16,693 nucleotides of DNA from a virus (lineage: Duplodnaviria > Heunggongvirae > Uroviricota > Caudoviricetes), in the IMG/VR virus record IMGVR_UViG_2563366923_000005; one strand, given 5' to 3'. A program made the position numbers and the translations under genes. Below the pieces are notes generated by a model, which searched no databases, was not told the DNA's origin, and saw nothing but the letters and a program-made list of their open reading frames with translations. This document shows positions 15,751 to 16,693 of the stretch, one piece after another (position 1 is the stretch's first letter; the number at the start of each line of letters is the position of its first letter).

Positions 15751-15786
15751 AAGGCGCTACTCGGCATGGGGAAGCGCCTTTTTTAT
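15751..15786. terminator. Bidirectional intrinsic terminator (probably the native fis operon terminator)
   Basis: AAGGCGCT / AGCGCCTT 8-bp stem (15751-15758 and 15773-15780) with a 14-nt loop, A-run upstream and a T-run of 6 downstream. Confidence 0.6.
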
Positions 15787-15808
15787 AGGTGTCACAAAGG
15801 GAGTGACC

Positions 15809-16693
15809 ATGAGAACAGGATGTGAACCGACCCGGTTTGGTAATGAAGCTAAGACCATTATTCACGGTGATGCCCTTGCCGAACTTAAAAAGCTACCTAC
15901 TGAAAGCGTCGATCTGATCTTTGCCGACCCACCGTATAACATCGGTAAAAATTTTGATGGTCTGATCGAAGCCTGGAAAGAAGATCTGTTTATCGACTGG
16001 CTGTTTGAAGTGATTGCAGAGTGCCACCGCGTTCTGAAAAAGCAGGGCAGCATGTACATTATGAACAGTACGGAAAACATGCCCTTTATCGATCTCCAGT
16101 GCCGCAAGCTTTTTACCATCAAAAGTCGCATCGTCTGGTCATATGACAGTTCTGGAGTACAGGCGAAAAAACACTACGGCTCCATGTACGAACCCATCCT
16201 GATGATGGTGAAAGACGCAAAGAACTACACATTCAACGGTGATGCTATTCTGGTAGAAGCCAAAACCGGATCGCAGCGCGCGTTGATCGATTATCGCAAA
16301 AATCCTCCACAGCCATACAATCATCAAAAAGTACCGGGTAACGTCTGGGATTTTCCGCGCGTGCGTTATTTAATGGATGAATATGAGAACCACCCGACGC
16401 AAAAACCGGAAGCCTTACTGAAACGCATTATTCTCGCCTCTTCCAACCCAGGCGATATCGTTCTCGACCCGTTTGCCGGTAGCTTTACTACCGGTGCCGT
16501 AGCCATCGCCAGCGGACGAAAATTCATTGGTATTGAGATCAACAGCGAGTACATCAAAATGGGGCTTCGACGGCTGGATGTCGCGTCGCATTACTCCGCG
16601 GAAGAACTGGCGAAAGTGAAAAAAAGAAAGACGGGCAACCGGTCAAAACGATGCCGGGTTAGCGAAGTTGACCCCGATCTCATTGCAAAGTAA
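15809..16693 (+). CDS. yhdJ: N6-adenine DNA methyltransferase YhdJ (chromosomal flank)
   Basis: 294 aa from ATG at 15809 with AAAGGGAG RBS. DPPY catalytic motif (FADPPYN) and AdoMet-binding LDPFAGSFTTG. Near-identical to E. coli YhdJ as I recall it. The track's GTG at 15803 is less likely. Confidence 0.8.
   Translation: MRTGCEPTRFGNEAKTIIHGDALAELKKLPTESVDLIFADPPYNIGKNFDGLIEAWKEDLFIDWLFEVIAECHRVLKKQGSMYIMNSTENMPFIDLQCRKLFTIKSRIVWSYDSSGVQAKKHYGSMYEPILMMVKDAKNYTFNGDAILVEAKTGSQRALIDYRKNPPQPYNHQKVPGNVWDFPRVRYLMDEYENHPTQKPEALLKRIILASSNPGDIVLDPFAGSFTTGAVAIASGRKFIGIEINSEYIKMGLRRLDVASHYSAEELAKVKKRKTGNRSKRCRVSEVDPDLIAK

Noticed and set aside
15536-15808. tRNA or tmRNA gene as integration target at the island end
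   Set aside because: I see no cloverleaf-capable segment or conserved tRNA T-loop/acceptor sequence here. The junction instead matches the 3' end of the protein-coding gene fis.
15803-15808. GTG start at 15803 for the methyltransferase
   Set aside because: ATG at 15809 has the better-spaced RBS (AAAGGGAG) and gives the MRTGCEP N-terminus I recall for YhdJ.
1-16693. Interpretation as an intact or ordinary defective prophage
   Set aside because: There are no tail, lysis or CI/Cro-type immunity genes in 15.7 kb. The head module is in satellite-type reversed order and is joined to an AlpA/Rep/iteron backbone. This cannot be fully excluded, because the left part of the element is not in the window.

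Overview
Positions 1 to about 15708 are one integrated mobile element that looks like a phage satellite of the capsid-forming PICI / P4-like kind, not a prophage. All family calls below are by eye from motifs and gene order; none has been confirmed by HMM or BLAST search. Almost all island genes are on the minus strand. Reading along it: tyrosine integrase (14309-15535), an AT-rich cargo ORF (13275-14216), an AlpA-family regulator, an AntA/KilAC antirepressor, a divergent regulatory region (small RHH-like gene on plus versus an Icd-like gene on minus), a translationally coupled replication operon ending in a 711-aa P-loop replication protein, an iteron origin (about 10 copies of TGTTGGTTCA), two convergent accessory ORFs, then an HK97-type head and packaging module in the order capsid, prohead protease, portal, gp6-like connector, HNH, TerS, TerL. 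No tail, lysis or CRISPR genes are in the window. The right junction appears to lie at the 3' end of fis: 15709-15723 reads TAC GGC ATG AAC TAA, followed by a bidirectional terminator and the chromosomal methyltransferase gene yhdJ (15809-16693). The left junction is outside the window. The most likely places for an undescribed function are the AT-rich cargo ORFs at 13275-14216, 6798-7310 with 7358-7693, and 1-309.
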